A stretch of 63,998 bases of DNA, the filler included, from Asterionella formosa (taxonomy: Eukaryota): NCBI GenBank assembly GCA_002256025.1. It is 7 parts of 7 records of this genome, joined end to end, with 100 filler letters (N's around TTAATTAATTAA, not from the genome) between each part and the next. Parts side by side here need not be neighbours in the genome. Positions count along the whole stretch, not along the records: positions 1 to 9,095 come from NKIB01011144.1; positions 9,196 to 18,286 come from NKIB01011154.1; 5 more parts are not named here. One strand, written 5' to 3'. Shown here one piece after another: positions 1 to 11,110 of the stretch; positions within the stretch are counted from its first letter, which is position 1; each line of letters opens with the position of its first letter. Below the pieces are notes generated by a model that saw nothing but the letters and a program-made list of their open reading frames with translations, had not been told where the DNA came from and did no database searches. The translations under genes and the position numbers were made by a program.

Positions 1-124
1 CACCGGTGATCAGACCAAAAAAACCGTTGGTGATACACAAAAAAAAACCAAACCGCCATTTTTGTATCATATTTCGGCGATGATACACCAATGACAACAA
101 ATAACAGAATGATAAGAACGGCCC
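1..124. mobile_element. Right end of a PIF/Harbinger-type MITE-like element (truncated by window start)
   Basis: Ends ...ATGATAAGAACGGCCC followed by TTA. A similar end recurs at ~37424-37442 (ATGATAAGAACGACCC-TAA) and 42489-42507 (ATGATAAGAGTGGCCC-TAA). Positions 1-35 also resemble 42411-42445. Confidence 0.55.
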
Positions 125-127
125 TTA

Positions 128-166
128 GATCATCGCCACCGCATCGACCAAATGCAAAGCCAATCG
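128..166 (+). mobile_element. Harbinger-type left terminal inverted repeat
   Basis: TTA|GATCATCGCCACCGCATCGACCAAATGCAAAGCCAAT is the near reverse complement of ATTGGCTTTGGTATTTGGTCGATGCGGTGACGATGCTC|TTA at 11111-11151. Confidence 0.65.
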
Positions 167-265
167 ATTTTGCGGTTTATTAGTAGGAAACTCCCTGTGG
201 TTTTTACAACCCTAGCGATGTTTTCTCCGAACTAGGGTTAAGCTGGGGCCGCAACCTTAAACTAT

Positions 266-533
266 GAGATTTCTGGAATAAGGAAGGAGTCTTGAAACTC
301 AAAATTGCGATTGGGGGGAAAAACTCCCAATCGAAAAACCCCTTCTCGTAGCAAGGTTCGGAAACTGGTTTTTTCAGAAAATTATTCTTTAAAATTAGAT
401 TTTGATAACAATGAAATTTATTGGCCAGCGCGAAACCGTTAGAATTTTCTAAATGTCTAAGTAATAATACCGGGGAGTCAAATATGAGTGCTTGCCGGCG
501 CCGCGTTCCATTTCGGCAAAATGACCGCAACTT
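266..533 (+). repeat. Dispersed repeat; inverted diverged copy at 55679-55961
   Basis: For example CCGGCGCCGCGTTCCATTTCGGCAAAATGACCGCAAC matches GTTGCGGTCATTTTGCCGAAACTGGAACGCGGCGCCGG in reverse. Colinear similarity runs over ~270 bp. Confidence 0.75.
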
Positions 534-734
534 GCAGGTTTAACTGTAGGAAAATCATTCCTTTAGAACTCTTACATATGCTGTAGTCCTAGGTACTTGT
601 AACATCCAATTTAATTTAACGACCTCGATACGTGTGGTCCACATAATTCTTCATCGTCTTTAATTTGCTGCTCAAAAGTATTGAGAGCAGGCAGGGTTTT
701 CCGTACCTGAAATTCCAATAACTGAAAAGGAAGC

Positions 735-1327
735 AAGTCTTCTCAATTTCACTTCGTCTGTAGCCTACGGTAGTAGCAACATTTTTTCAGTAGGTAAGGA
801 AAAATTCTAAATCCATTCCGGAATTTTGCTTATACCGGAATACCGGTACCAGGTAACTCTATGTTACATATCGTTATCATACTAAAATGACCCTCGGGGT
901 CATTTTTTTTTTTTCTAAACTTCCACCTTCTCCTACATAACGAAAAATTACGGACCAACGGCCGATAGTTTTCCAATAAATACACTGGATAAAAAGTATA
1001 AGAGCTCGTAATTTCTCAAAATGTCCTCATCAGTCATGAAACGTAAGATATTCATAAAAGATCCATCCTGTATTCTAAATAGAATATATTCAATCATAAT
1101 TAAAAATATATGACATATGATATGTGTAACTAAAAATATTGTTCGTACATACACAAAAGCCCTTTCATCACTACATCACGTATATGGTGAATATAATATT
1201 TAGTAGTGTATACAAACATATCCTGTATGACTGAAAAAATTTCCGGCATGATAGTGATGACAATGAATTTGGAGCCTGCATGTAGAATTCAACGACAGAT
1301 GGTAGAGACTCAAGAATTACAAACACG
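735..1327 (+). promoter_or_regulatory. Duplicated upstream region of kinase copy 1 (homologous to ~3831-4478), including hairpin AAAATGACCC-TCG-GGGTCATTTT at 884-906
   Basis: Shared blocks: TTCCGGAATTTTGCTTA, AAAATGACCCTCGGGGTCATT, GCTCGTAATTTCT..AAATGTCCTCATCA.TCATGAAACGT and CAAGAATTACAAACAC. Confidence 0.7.
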
Positions 1328-1397
1328 ACCCCAAAGAAAAAGACTTCATCGTATATTCGATAAAAACAACGAAATAAACAAAAACAAAGCAAACACG

Positions 1398-2907
1398 ATG
1401 AAAAATTCAATCATTGGTTCATTGTTCGAAAAGAATGATGCTCCAATTATGAATAGGCATGGCGCACGAGTAGCATTCCTTGAGAATGGACGCTGTCCTG
1501 ATCATCCAGACATTCAGCTTCGCAAAAAGAATGCTTTTGGTGTTTGGAAGACTGTGAAAGACAGCTGCCCTCATTGCGATCGTGAACGAATGAATACACA
1601 AGGGTCTCCTGCTCCAACGTTTCCGATGCCTGTCACTTCAATTTCGTCTCCGCCTGATGCGATAAGTGCAAACCAGATCTGCAATTCATCAGCAGCCATG
1701 ACAACTCTGCCAACAACAACAAATGATGATCATCTTCCTTCCCCTGCAACTCCAACACCAAGCTTTAGCAATTCATCTGATCCCATTTCTGACGGTTGGT
1801 TCAAAATGAAGGAAGCTATGGAGAATGAGAATTCCAGACCAATCGAGCTTCCTGTTGAATTCATTTATAGTTGTACAAACAACTTGAATGTTACCAAGAA
1901 ACTTGGTCAAGGAGCTTTTGGTGCTGTCTACAAAGGCGAGTATGGCAATCGGGTTTTTGCTGTTAAACGTATCCTTGATGGCATCGCTGTGAAGAAAGAT
2001 GAGTTGCTTGAAAAGACTGCCCCTTACCGTACAAATGTTAAAACTGAATTGGAGGTGAGCTCATTCGTGGTATCAAATATTTATGTTTTCAAGACTTTAT
2101 GTTTCTCATTCTACTGTCATACTGTTTTAGGCATTAACGAGGTTCCAACACCCCAATATTGTATCCTTGTATGGCTATCATTTGTCCCCTGATTCGTCTA
2201 ATCAATTCCTTGTATATGAGTATGCATCCAAGGGTTCTCTTGATAAATTTTATGAGAGTGAACGAAATAGATCATGTCTCTCGAGTAAGATCCGATTTCA
2301 AGTTATGTTCGAAATTATTTCTGCCATCCACTTCCTTCATACTGATACAAAGGATAACTTCATTCTGTATCATCGTGACATAAAATCGGCTAATATCTGG
2401 CTTTCAAATAACTATACTGCCAAACTGATTGATTGTGGCCTTGCCAAGTTTGTGCCTGTCGATGACTCATTTTCTACCAATGCAATTTCGAGCGCAGTTC
2501 GGAATTCATCCAATGGTGTAGTCTTTGGGACACCTGGCTACACATGTCCATTTTATTCAAAGGGAGGTAAAACATTTGAAGCATCATGTGATGTTTACTC
2601 ATTTGGGATTGTCATGATTGAGCTTGTGACAGGCTGCCTTCAAAATGATAGGACAAAGTTGGGAGATTTCTCTGAATGCTACTTCCCAAATGATTTTGAT
2701 GGAACTCCAGCAGAGGCATTGAAATTGGCAATTCCAAAATTGGTAGAGGATGCTGATTCTGAAGCAGAATGGGAAGATGGAATTCTGTTCTCTGTGTGCT
2801 CATTAGCCATTCGTTGCATTCAGAAGAATCGCGAGAAAAGGCCAAAGACTCTTGAATTGGTTAAAAAGTTGGGTCAACTTGCAAGGCCAACAGATCATGT
2901 TGAGTGA
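1398..2907 (+). CDS. IRAK/Pelle-like Ser/Thr protein kinase, copy 1, with N-terminal CxxH...CxxC Zn-ribbon-like module. Exons 1398-2054 and 2131-2907.
   Basis: Kinase motifs GQGAFGAVYKG, FAVKR, HRDIKSAN, DCG, GTPGY and DVYSFG. A phase-0 GT..AG intron at 2055-2130 joins TELE to ALTRFQHPNIVSLYGY. The N-terminus is CPDHPDIQLRKK..W..CPHC followed by an S/T/P linker. Confidence 0.85.
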
Positions 2908-4575
2908 TGTGAATCACCACAAATGATAATTGCCTTTGACAATCCTAACATGAATGAAAGCATTTAACAATGTGTTTTGTGTGCCAACAATTCTACTTTG
3001 TGGGAATTGCAATGCAAAGCTGATATAGGCATTGTTATCGAAAATAAACATACTGCAAAGTTCTGTAGTAATGATAAGTATATGAAGAGCCATGAAGATA
3101 GAGACTCTCAAGGGGAAGGTGTTGGAGGTTATAAAGACTCCGGGTAACATTGAGAGTCTGATGAGTCAAGTTGTAAAATGTTTCATGGGACTGACAGTGG
3201 GATCAAAATTAGTTGGAGTAGAAGTCTTGAATTGTATTTGGTAAGATTGAATTTTTACAGGATTAAGTTTGGCAGGACCAGTTGGCAAGATTGATAGTTT
3301 AGATATAATTACAATTAGTTCACAATCTGAGAAAACTTGACTTGAGTAAGGTAGTCTTTGGAGCCCTTCAACACAGTATGTTACCCACATATTGACCCAT
3401 TGGGACAATCGCATCGTGAAACATTCCTTGAATTGTGCACAAAATCGCTGGCATTGAATGCAGGACAATTGGCAGGAGGTACACCCATTGACGAGTTTTT
3501 AGCTTTGCGAATGGTGCAAGTTGGGTGATGGTGCGTGCAAGAGTTTCTATCTCATGTTGCTTCAAGAAACTTCGCCAGTCACCTGCCGCTTCGCTTACAG
3601 CCAGCGGTCCCGCTCTTGACTCTCTATGGCGTATTTGCCTCCTCACGGCCGACAACGAGAATGTTGCAGCTCAATCAATGAAAGATCTCCTTGCTGTGGT
3701 CATGTGGACCATCGTCTGCCGCTTCTGAACAGATGCAGATTGACAAAATAGATGACTATCGTTAATGAAACAACACAGATGCATTCATGATAGCGGGTTG
3801 ATCGTGAGACAGAAACATGGTACCAGTAAGCAAGTCTCACTTTCACTTTGTCTGGGAGGCTTTTGTATCAACATTTTTTCAGTACGAGTGGAAAGGGAAA
3901 AATTCTCAATCCATTTCCGGAATTTTGCTTAGCAGAATACCGGGTAAGCTAAAATGACCCTCGGGGTCATTAATCTATGTCAAAAACTAATAAATGTACC
4001 TGTAGTACTGATACCAGTGTACCAGTACACTGTTTGTATAAAAAGTGTAATTAATACTAGCTCGTAATTTCTGAAAATGTCCTCATCAATCATGAAACGT
4101 TTTCATACAAGAAGATCCATTATATGTATTCAATATAAGTTTATATTCTGATATGAAATATTGATAAATATCGCTAGATGATATGTTTGACTAACAATAT
4201 TGTTTTTTATCATTTACACAAAACCCCTTTCAACACCATATTTTATTGCTCATATATTGCACATATCACGAAGGGCATATGTATGTATGTACAAACAGAT
4301 ATGATCATGGACAAAAGTTCCGGCATCATGGTGATGACTGAAAATAAAGCAATTTAGAGCTCTCATGTAGAACTCAACGACATCAGTTGGCATAAAAATA
4401 TATCTCAAGGACACTTTCGGTTGGTAGAGAAATTATTTCGGGTACTATGATGGACAGGAGTCAAGAATTACAAACACTAACACATGCAAATTTTGCAGGA
4501 GAGAGCGCGACAAGAATTTCGCAAGGTATACATAAAACAAAATATTTTTTGATGAATAATATTTTTCACTCCCCC

Positions 4576-4641
4576 TAGTTCAATCGTATACATACCGGTA
4601 GTTCAATCGTATACATATTGGTAGTCCAATCGTGTACATAC
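4576..4641 (+). repeat. 23-bp tandem repeat x3
   Basis: TAGTTCAATCGTATACATACCGG / TAGTTCAATCGTATACATATTGG / TAGTCCAATCGTGTACATAC. Confidence 0.8.
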
Positions 4642-4892
4642 GATCATCATCATGCATCTTATGTAGCTATATGTACTACATATTGGTACCGATTTTATGA
4701 GGGTGGACAAAATTTCCGGCATCTTCCATATATCATGTGGGAGGAATGAGTTGCATCGTAGAATTCTACGACAAGTGGTAGAGACACTATTTTAGCAGAA
4801 TTCAATCACGACAACGATAACGACAACGACGACAAGAACCAAACAAAGAAGTCGCACGAATAAACCTCATTACATTCAAGACGACATTGACA

Positions 4893-6444
4893 ATGCTAAA
4901 AGCTTTTCGTCGAAAGAAGGAAGAAACAGAATTGGAGAAATCTGTCAAACGGTTGAAAGCGAATGATCCAAGTTTGACTGAACTTAATCTCTTTAAATAT
5001 TCAATTGGTAATGACGTAGCCAAGGCCATTGCAGAGGCTCTCAAGGTCAATACTGTCTTGACTACACTTTCTCTCTTTAGTAATTCAATTGGTGATGAAG
5101 GAGCCAAGGCCATTTCAGAGGCTCTCAAGGTCAATACTGTCTTGACTACACTTAATCTCGGAAGTAATTCAATTGGTAAAGTTTTACTATATGAAATTGA
5201 AATACTGGTTGATACAAACAAGAACCGCATAGCAACAGCAGCCAACACAACTGATTTCATTTCTGAAGGTCGATCGAAAATGAAGGAAGCTATGGACAAT
5301 GTGGATTCAAGACCAATCGAGCTTCCTAAGGAATTCATTATTAGTTGTACAAACAACATTGCTGCCTTGAAACTTGGTCAAGGTTCTTTTGGTGCTGTCT
5401 ACAAATGCAGGGATGACAATCGGGATTTTGCTGTGAAATGTATTCATTTCCATTTAGTTTTTTTGGAAGATAAGAAAAAAGAAATTATTAAGAGTTTTGA
5501 AAACGAATTGCAGGTAAGCTCATCCGTAGTATTATCTATTACAGGTTGTCTAAGTCTTTTATGTTTCTGATTCTTCCATCATACTGTTTCAGGTATTAAA
5601 GAGGTTCCAACACCCTCATATTGTAACTTTGTATGGCTATCATTTGTCCCCTGTTTTCTCTGATCAACACGTGGAATCTGATCAATACCTGGTGTATGAG
5701 TTATTATCCAATGGGTCACTTGATACATTCTATAAGAGTGAACAAAAAAGATCAAGTCTCTCAAGTAAGATCCGACTTCGAATCATGAACGAAATTATTT
5801 CTGCCATCTACTTTCTTCATAATATAAAACCGGATGGCCACACTCTGTTTCATCGTGACATCAAATCAGCTAATATCTGCCTTGATCAGAACTATACTGC
5901 CAAGCTTATTGATTGTGGCTTAGCCAAGTTTGTGCCTAAGGGTAGTTCAGTCAAAACCAATCCAATTCCTTCCTCAGTTTGTTACACAGCAGGTGATGGA
6001 ACATATGGGACACCTGGCTACATATGTCCATTTCATCTTAAGCCTAAACCATTTGAAGCAGCATGTGATGTTTACTCGTTTGGCATGGTCATGATTGAGC
6101 TTGTAACAGGCTGCCTCCAAAATGATAAGACAAGGTTGGGAGATTTCTCTGAACGCTACTTCCCAAATGATTTTGAAGGAAATGCAGCAGAGGCAGTGGA
6201 GGAGGCAATTCCAAAATTGGTAAAGGATGTTGATCCTCTAGCAGAATGGGAAGATGGAGATCTGTCCTCGGTTTGTACATTAGCCATTCATTGCATTCAG
6301 AACAATCGCACAAAGAGACCAACAACTAATGAATTGGTTGAAAAGTTGTGTCAACTTGTAAGTGCCACAGATCATAATGGGGGATGTGAATCACCACAAA
6401 TGACAACTGCCTTTGACAATTTTAACCTGAATGAAAGCACTTAA
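4893..6444 (+). CDS. IRAK/Pelle-like Ser/Thr kinase, copy 2, with N-terminal RNI/NLRC3-like LRRs. Exons 4893-5513 and 5593-6444.
   Basis: 28-aa LRRs (SIGDEGAKAISEALKVNTVLTTLNL; 84-bp period at 5001/5085/5169) with an RLKANDPSLTELNL cap. Kinase motifs GQGSFGAVY, AVK, HRDIKSAN, DCG and GTPGY. The phase-0 intron at 5514-5592 is at the same position as in copy 1. Confidence 0.85.
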
Positions 6445-6446
6445 CA

Positions 6447-7400
6447 ATGTGTCTTGTGTGCCAAGATTCTACTTTGTGGGAATTGCAATGCAGAGCTGAT
6501 ATAGGCAATGCAACAATTATCAAAAATAATTATAGTGAACAAGTGAAGTTGATCAGATTGTACCTTTATAATTATTTTGAGCTAGTTAGTCTAACACGTC
6601 CCAAACAACCATACAGTGGAAATACTGGAACAATGAATGTGAATGAAAGTACTGTACTATATCTTGTGTTTGGCAAAGGTTCTACTTCTGTTTCCGTGTG
6701 CAAAGATCATTTCACATGCAGACAATGCTTTGAGGATCATGTCTATATGCATCATGGTGATATGACCATTTAGTGCCCAATCAATGGTTGTGACAAGTTC
6801 TTTTCTAATACAGACATGATCCAGAGCCAGATCTTGTCTAGCAACCTGTATGACCTTCATGTGAAGAAACAAGATGAAAATGAGAAATGGTCCAAACTCT
6901 TGCAAAACCAAAAAGAATTTCTGGAGAAGATGTCTCATCTAGACTCACGAGTTACAAAGGCCATTGCTAATCTTACTGCTGGAGTAGAGGCAATGTATCC
7001 CATAATTGTCTATATTGTACCACTCAATGAAAAAGGGGAACCAATCTGGAAATGGCCAAAACTTTGGATAAAAAACGAAGTTCAGATATTCTTTGTTTGT
7101 CAGCACTCAGGCGTTGATTTTTAAGAAGCCTGTTTTACTATGCATGTTACCAGGAAGTGGGTGACAGATGTTGCACCTGCTATCAGATGTGCTATGTTTC
7201 TTCTAAAAGTTGCAGCACCTATTGGTAAAATTTCAGCTGGTATTGATTTTCCAATTCCAATGGAATCAATTGAGAAATTAGCCAATAAATTAATTAGTGA
7301 TCTCCTTAAAGACAAGCTTGATAAAATCTTTTCAAGCAAGCCTATTCTTGAGTTTGGATTGGAAGAAGCTAAGTCCTCCAATTGTTGGACCATCGTATGA
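6447..7400 (+). pseudogene. Decayed C-terminal extension of kinase copy 2: RING-like finger, coiled coil, TORNADO1/ROCO C-terminal-like region
   Basis: ORFs 6447, 6816 and 7140 share one frame broken by TAG (6771) and TAA (7122). It reads C-x2-H-x2-C-x2-C...*CP-x3-C, then a heptad-like stretch, then YPIIVYIVP..W..QIFFVCQHS..KWVTDVAPAIR. Confidence 0.55.
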
Positions 7401-8400
7401 TAAAAATTCTGAAAATGCTCATAGGGAAAAGAATTTTGTTTCCTTTCTGTATTTTGAATATCATTTCTTATGGGTGGAGAAATTCCAAGGTTACTTTGTG
7501 ATCCAGTTTTCTCCCATCACAATATTTATTGATTTTGGGAACATGACGCACATCTAAGCTGCGAAATGCGCCCTTTTTCGAAATTTCGTCTACGTACCAG
7601 TGTAAATTATGTGGTACTTCACATGCATTAATGCCACTCTTCACGTAAAAAAGATTACTTTTAACGGTTTCATGTGAAATCTTAACTATTGCATGTGAAG
7701 TTTTCACAACGAATTTTGAAAGCAAGACTGAATTAGTTGATTTTCAAATAATTTATTTGAAAGTTCAACTAAGATCATGCTCTTGAGGCTAATTCAGCAT
7801 TCACGACATGCATCTTCCATTGTGAAATAGTAAGGATATTTGTGTTTTCTAATGTCATGCATCTGAGATCAAAGTTTTACAATTGTACACATCACATAAA
7901 GAACTCACGCATTTCCGGTAAAAAAGCTCACTCTCCCCATTTTTCATGTAATGTAGGATACTACCGGTACTAGGTAACTGTACTACTAGCTTGCTACTAG
8001 CTACTTCTGGTAGTAGGCAACCCAATATTTTTACATGATTATTATTACTCAAAATCAACACTGCTGGAATCATGTCTGCTGACAAGGATGACATTGTTTG
8101 CCAAAGAATATCTTGCAAGAATATCATGACGCTAACAAACATCTCTTTTATAAATATCCTGATGCAACAACACAACTTGAAGTGTAGATGGTGATGGTGT
8201 GAAATTCATGTCCATCTCCATGTTGATGGATCCTTCTGTATGCAAAATGAACCAGTATACAAAACGAGCATCACCATGTATGTATCAAATCAGGGAAAAA
8301 TCCATTTAGAAGAGTATCAACGAAAATTCCAACTATAAGTTTAACAAACCCTACCCTTTTATTGATAACCAAAACATAACAGTTACATAATTACAAAACT

Positions 8401-8984
8401 GTTAGGGTTAGGGAAAAGGGAAGACGCCTCTAGGCGTCATCCCTATGGAGCATCCAGCACTGTAGCACGCAGTATGACTAATCCTATAGATGGAAACTGT
8501 TATGAGAATGAATGTTTTAGTACCTGTTGTTTGTCTTTTGATATCAATATGTAGAAGTGCACTGTGTTATACTTACCAGAGTGATGGCCATGTAAAATGT
8601 TACACATTCTTATAATGTTATGCATGTCATATATATAATTTGCATTCTCGGGTGCGTCCTGAATGACATGGTGGAGTGGCAATATTTGTTATTACTTTTT
8701 GGTATGGTTTTGCAATTCCGTGGGCACGGTAACAGTTCCGGCATGATGGTACATCGATGATATGGTTTGAAAAATGGAATTGGTGTCGGTACGAAAAAGA
8801 TGTTCATGTCATATTTGAAAATGAGTTAGGGTCAGGGTTAGGGTTCGGGTTAGGAAAAAGGGAAGACGCCTCTAGGCGTCATCCCTATAGAGCATCCAGC
8901 CCTTCTAGGGCTGGCATGTTACTATAGCACAAAGTATGACTAATCCTATAGATGGAAACTGGTATGAGAATGAATGTGTTAGTG
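8401..8984 (+). repeat. Two direct copies (8401-8521, ~8826-8984) of a unit starting with telomere-like TTAGGG repeats and carrying GC hairpins
   Basis: GTTAGG...AAAAGGGAAGACGCCTCTAGGCGTCATCCCTAT.GAGCATCCAGC...GTATGACTAATCCTATAGATGGAAACT is present twice. Confidence 0.85.
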
Positions 8985-9195
8985 TGAATGCAATATCAAA
9001 AGATGAAATGCAAAATTATGACTACGTGATATATTATTCTACTGTAGGTAGGTAGGACAGACGGTTCAGCTGTAAACCACACTGACACCCCCCCCNNNNN
9101 NNNNNNNNNNNNNNNNNNNNNNNNNNNNNNNNNNNNNNNTTAATTAATTAANNNNNNNNNNNNNNNNNNNNNNNNNNNNNNNNNNNNNNNNNNNN

Positions 9196-9372
9196 TGGTT
9201 TGCTATGAAGGCTCAAGAAGCTATGGAGGAGATGGAGGATAGTTCAAAACCATCACGCAAAAAAACAAAGACCGGTTCTTTGGAGTCAGGCAGTTCAGTT
9301 GAAATAGATATTTCAACTTCTCGTTCATCATCTACTGATGATGAGGTTTCGATTCTAGAGACTGGACCATAA
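9196..9372 (+). CDS. 3' end of probable Harbinger accessory (Myb/SANT-like, NAM-associated) ORF, truncated by gap
   Basis: An open frame from the gap, WFAMKAQEAMEEMEDSS...ETGP*, converges on the transposase, the usual two-ORF PIF/Harbinger layout. Confidence 0.45.
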   Translation, partial: WFAMKAQEAMEEMEDSSKPSRKKTKTGSLESGSSVEIDISTSRSSSTDDEVSILETGP

Positions 9373-9494
9373 GAGTATTAAACTAGTTTGATTATAGTGA
9401 CATTACATTACAATAATCCTTTCATTATTGCTGCCAATCTAGAACTTGAACTTTACAGACTTAAAATATAAATCTAGAATCAAGTAATTATCTA

Positions 9495-10763
9495 CTATTT
9501 GTTCTCGTATTGAATCCACAAGTGCTCAATCAAATTGTTACGCAATTGAAAGTGTTCACCTTCACTCATGTAGTTCATTCTAATATTCTTGAAATCAAGA
9601 AATGTGTGTAAATTGTCATGATTCACGTTGTCAACCAAGAATCCATCCTGAATATTGTCAAATAGATATTCATTTGTATTTTCAGTTTCCCATTCATCCT
9701 CTATGATCATGTTGTGCAAAATGATGCATGCAATAATTACACTGTTCATAGCACCCACTGACCAAAGTTTACATGGAAGTGCAAGGATCCTCCACCTGGC
9801 CTGTAGAACTCCAAATGCTCGCTCAACATCCTTGCGCTGTGCCTCCTGACGCATCGAGAAATAACTCCGTTTTGGACCTTGTGGCTCTGAAATTGTCTTG
9901 ACAAATATATGCCAATTTGGGTAGATTCCGTCAACCAAATAATACCCCAGATTGTGTTGTTGGTTGTTGATGGCAAACTGTACTTTTGGAGTCCTTCCAG
10001 CTGACAAATCATGGAAAAACGGTGAACGATCCAAAATATTAAGATCATTGTTTGCCCTGGGCATTCCAAACCATGCATGCCAGAACCAAAGTCTACAATC
10101 AACCGTAGCTTCCAAAGCAATTGTCGCCACTCCTTCTTTTACTTGATATGCTCCTCTGTGTGCTTTGGGACAGTTTTTCCACTCCCAATGCATGACATCC
10201 AATGAACCAAAAAGACCCGGCCAACCCTTTCCTTCATGCAAACGTAGAATCATCTCAAGGTCCTCTTTGGTCAGAGCTCTAAGATAATCTTTCCCATACC
10301 TGTTGATTATTGCGTTACAGAAGTGTTGCAAGTTGTTGAGTGTTGTTAACTCTGACATCCTTGTTAAATCATCCAACTGATCAGCCGATGTTCCATAGGC
10401 TAACATGCGAAGCGCCAAGGTAAGTTTTTGGTGTGGCGAAAATCCCAGTAAACCCAAGGCATCCTTCTTCTGAGAAAAGTAAGAATCCGAAGAAACCAAA
10501 TCATCAAGAATCTTCTCAAACAACGAACGTCTCATCCGGAAGCGCCTCCTGAACATTGCTGACGAGTAAATCGGATTTTCACCGAAATAATCCTTTTTCA
10601 AAAGCTTGTCATAGTCTATCCGAAAACGATTGAGATTGGATGCCTTTCCCACCTTTGATCCTCCTCCCTTGTTTCTTTCTTGCTTGGCATTCTCGCGTTG
10701 CTTCCGAATATCGCGGAAGTGGAAGAAGCGATCGTCATCTGACGAGTCGCTATCATTGCTCAT
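9495..10763 (-). mobile_element. PIF/Harbinger transposase (Plant_tran / ALP1-HARBI1-like), intact 422-aa ORF
   Basis: FRRRFRMRRSLF, ALRMLAYG, GSLDVMHWEWKNCP, NNDLNIL, YYLVDGIYP and RKDVERAFGVLQARW. The catalytic D/D/E residues are present. Confidence 0.93.
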
Positions 10764-11110
10764 TTTCGCTGTGTCGAAACGTAAAAGTCATATTTATTGG
10801 TAATTATAAAGAAGCCACAATTCTCTACGAACAATATTCAAGTACATAGTTGTAATATTTTTTGATGGGCAGTACCAGATAGTACCGGTAGGAGTATTGC
10901 TACCTGTTTAAGAATAAGGTATGTATGCGGCTACTTTATGAATTAAAAGCGATACACACGAAACTACAGTCTACCTTTATTTCTATTGGCTAATAATTTA
11001 GGCGCGAGATTTGACTAATATAAGATTTGGTCGATGCGGTGGAAAAAAAAATTCGACTATTGATAAAAAAATTCTCGACCAAGTGACGTGTATTGATATT
11101 TTCAACTGCA

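Noticed and set aside
1206..1397. GTG-initiated N-terminal extension of kinase copy 1
   Set aside because: The context is eukaryotic and the region is homologous to the non-coding upstream DNA of copy 2. ATG 1398 is preferred.
4802..5359. 185-aa minus-strand repetitive ORF
   Set aside because: It is the antisense shadow of the LRR exon.
6543..6616. Possible intron (GT..CTAAC..CAG) linking kinase to RING tail
   Set aside because: The donor is weak and upstream stops at 6442 and ~6503 would remain, so it cannot rescue an intact fusion.
8860..8960. Possible hammerhead ribozyme in hairpin-rich repeat
   Set aside because: No CTGA.GA...GAAA core with correct stems on either strand.
9097..9195. 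TTAATTAATTAA palindrome embedded in N-runs (also ~18331, 27513, 36686, 45857, 55027)
   Set aside because: It is identical in each short gap and has stops in all frames, so it is a scaffolding linker and not biology.
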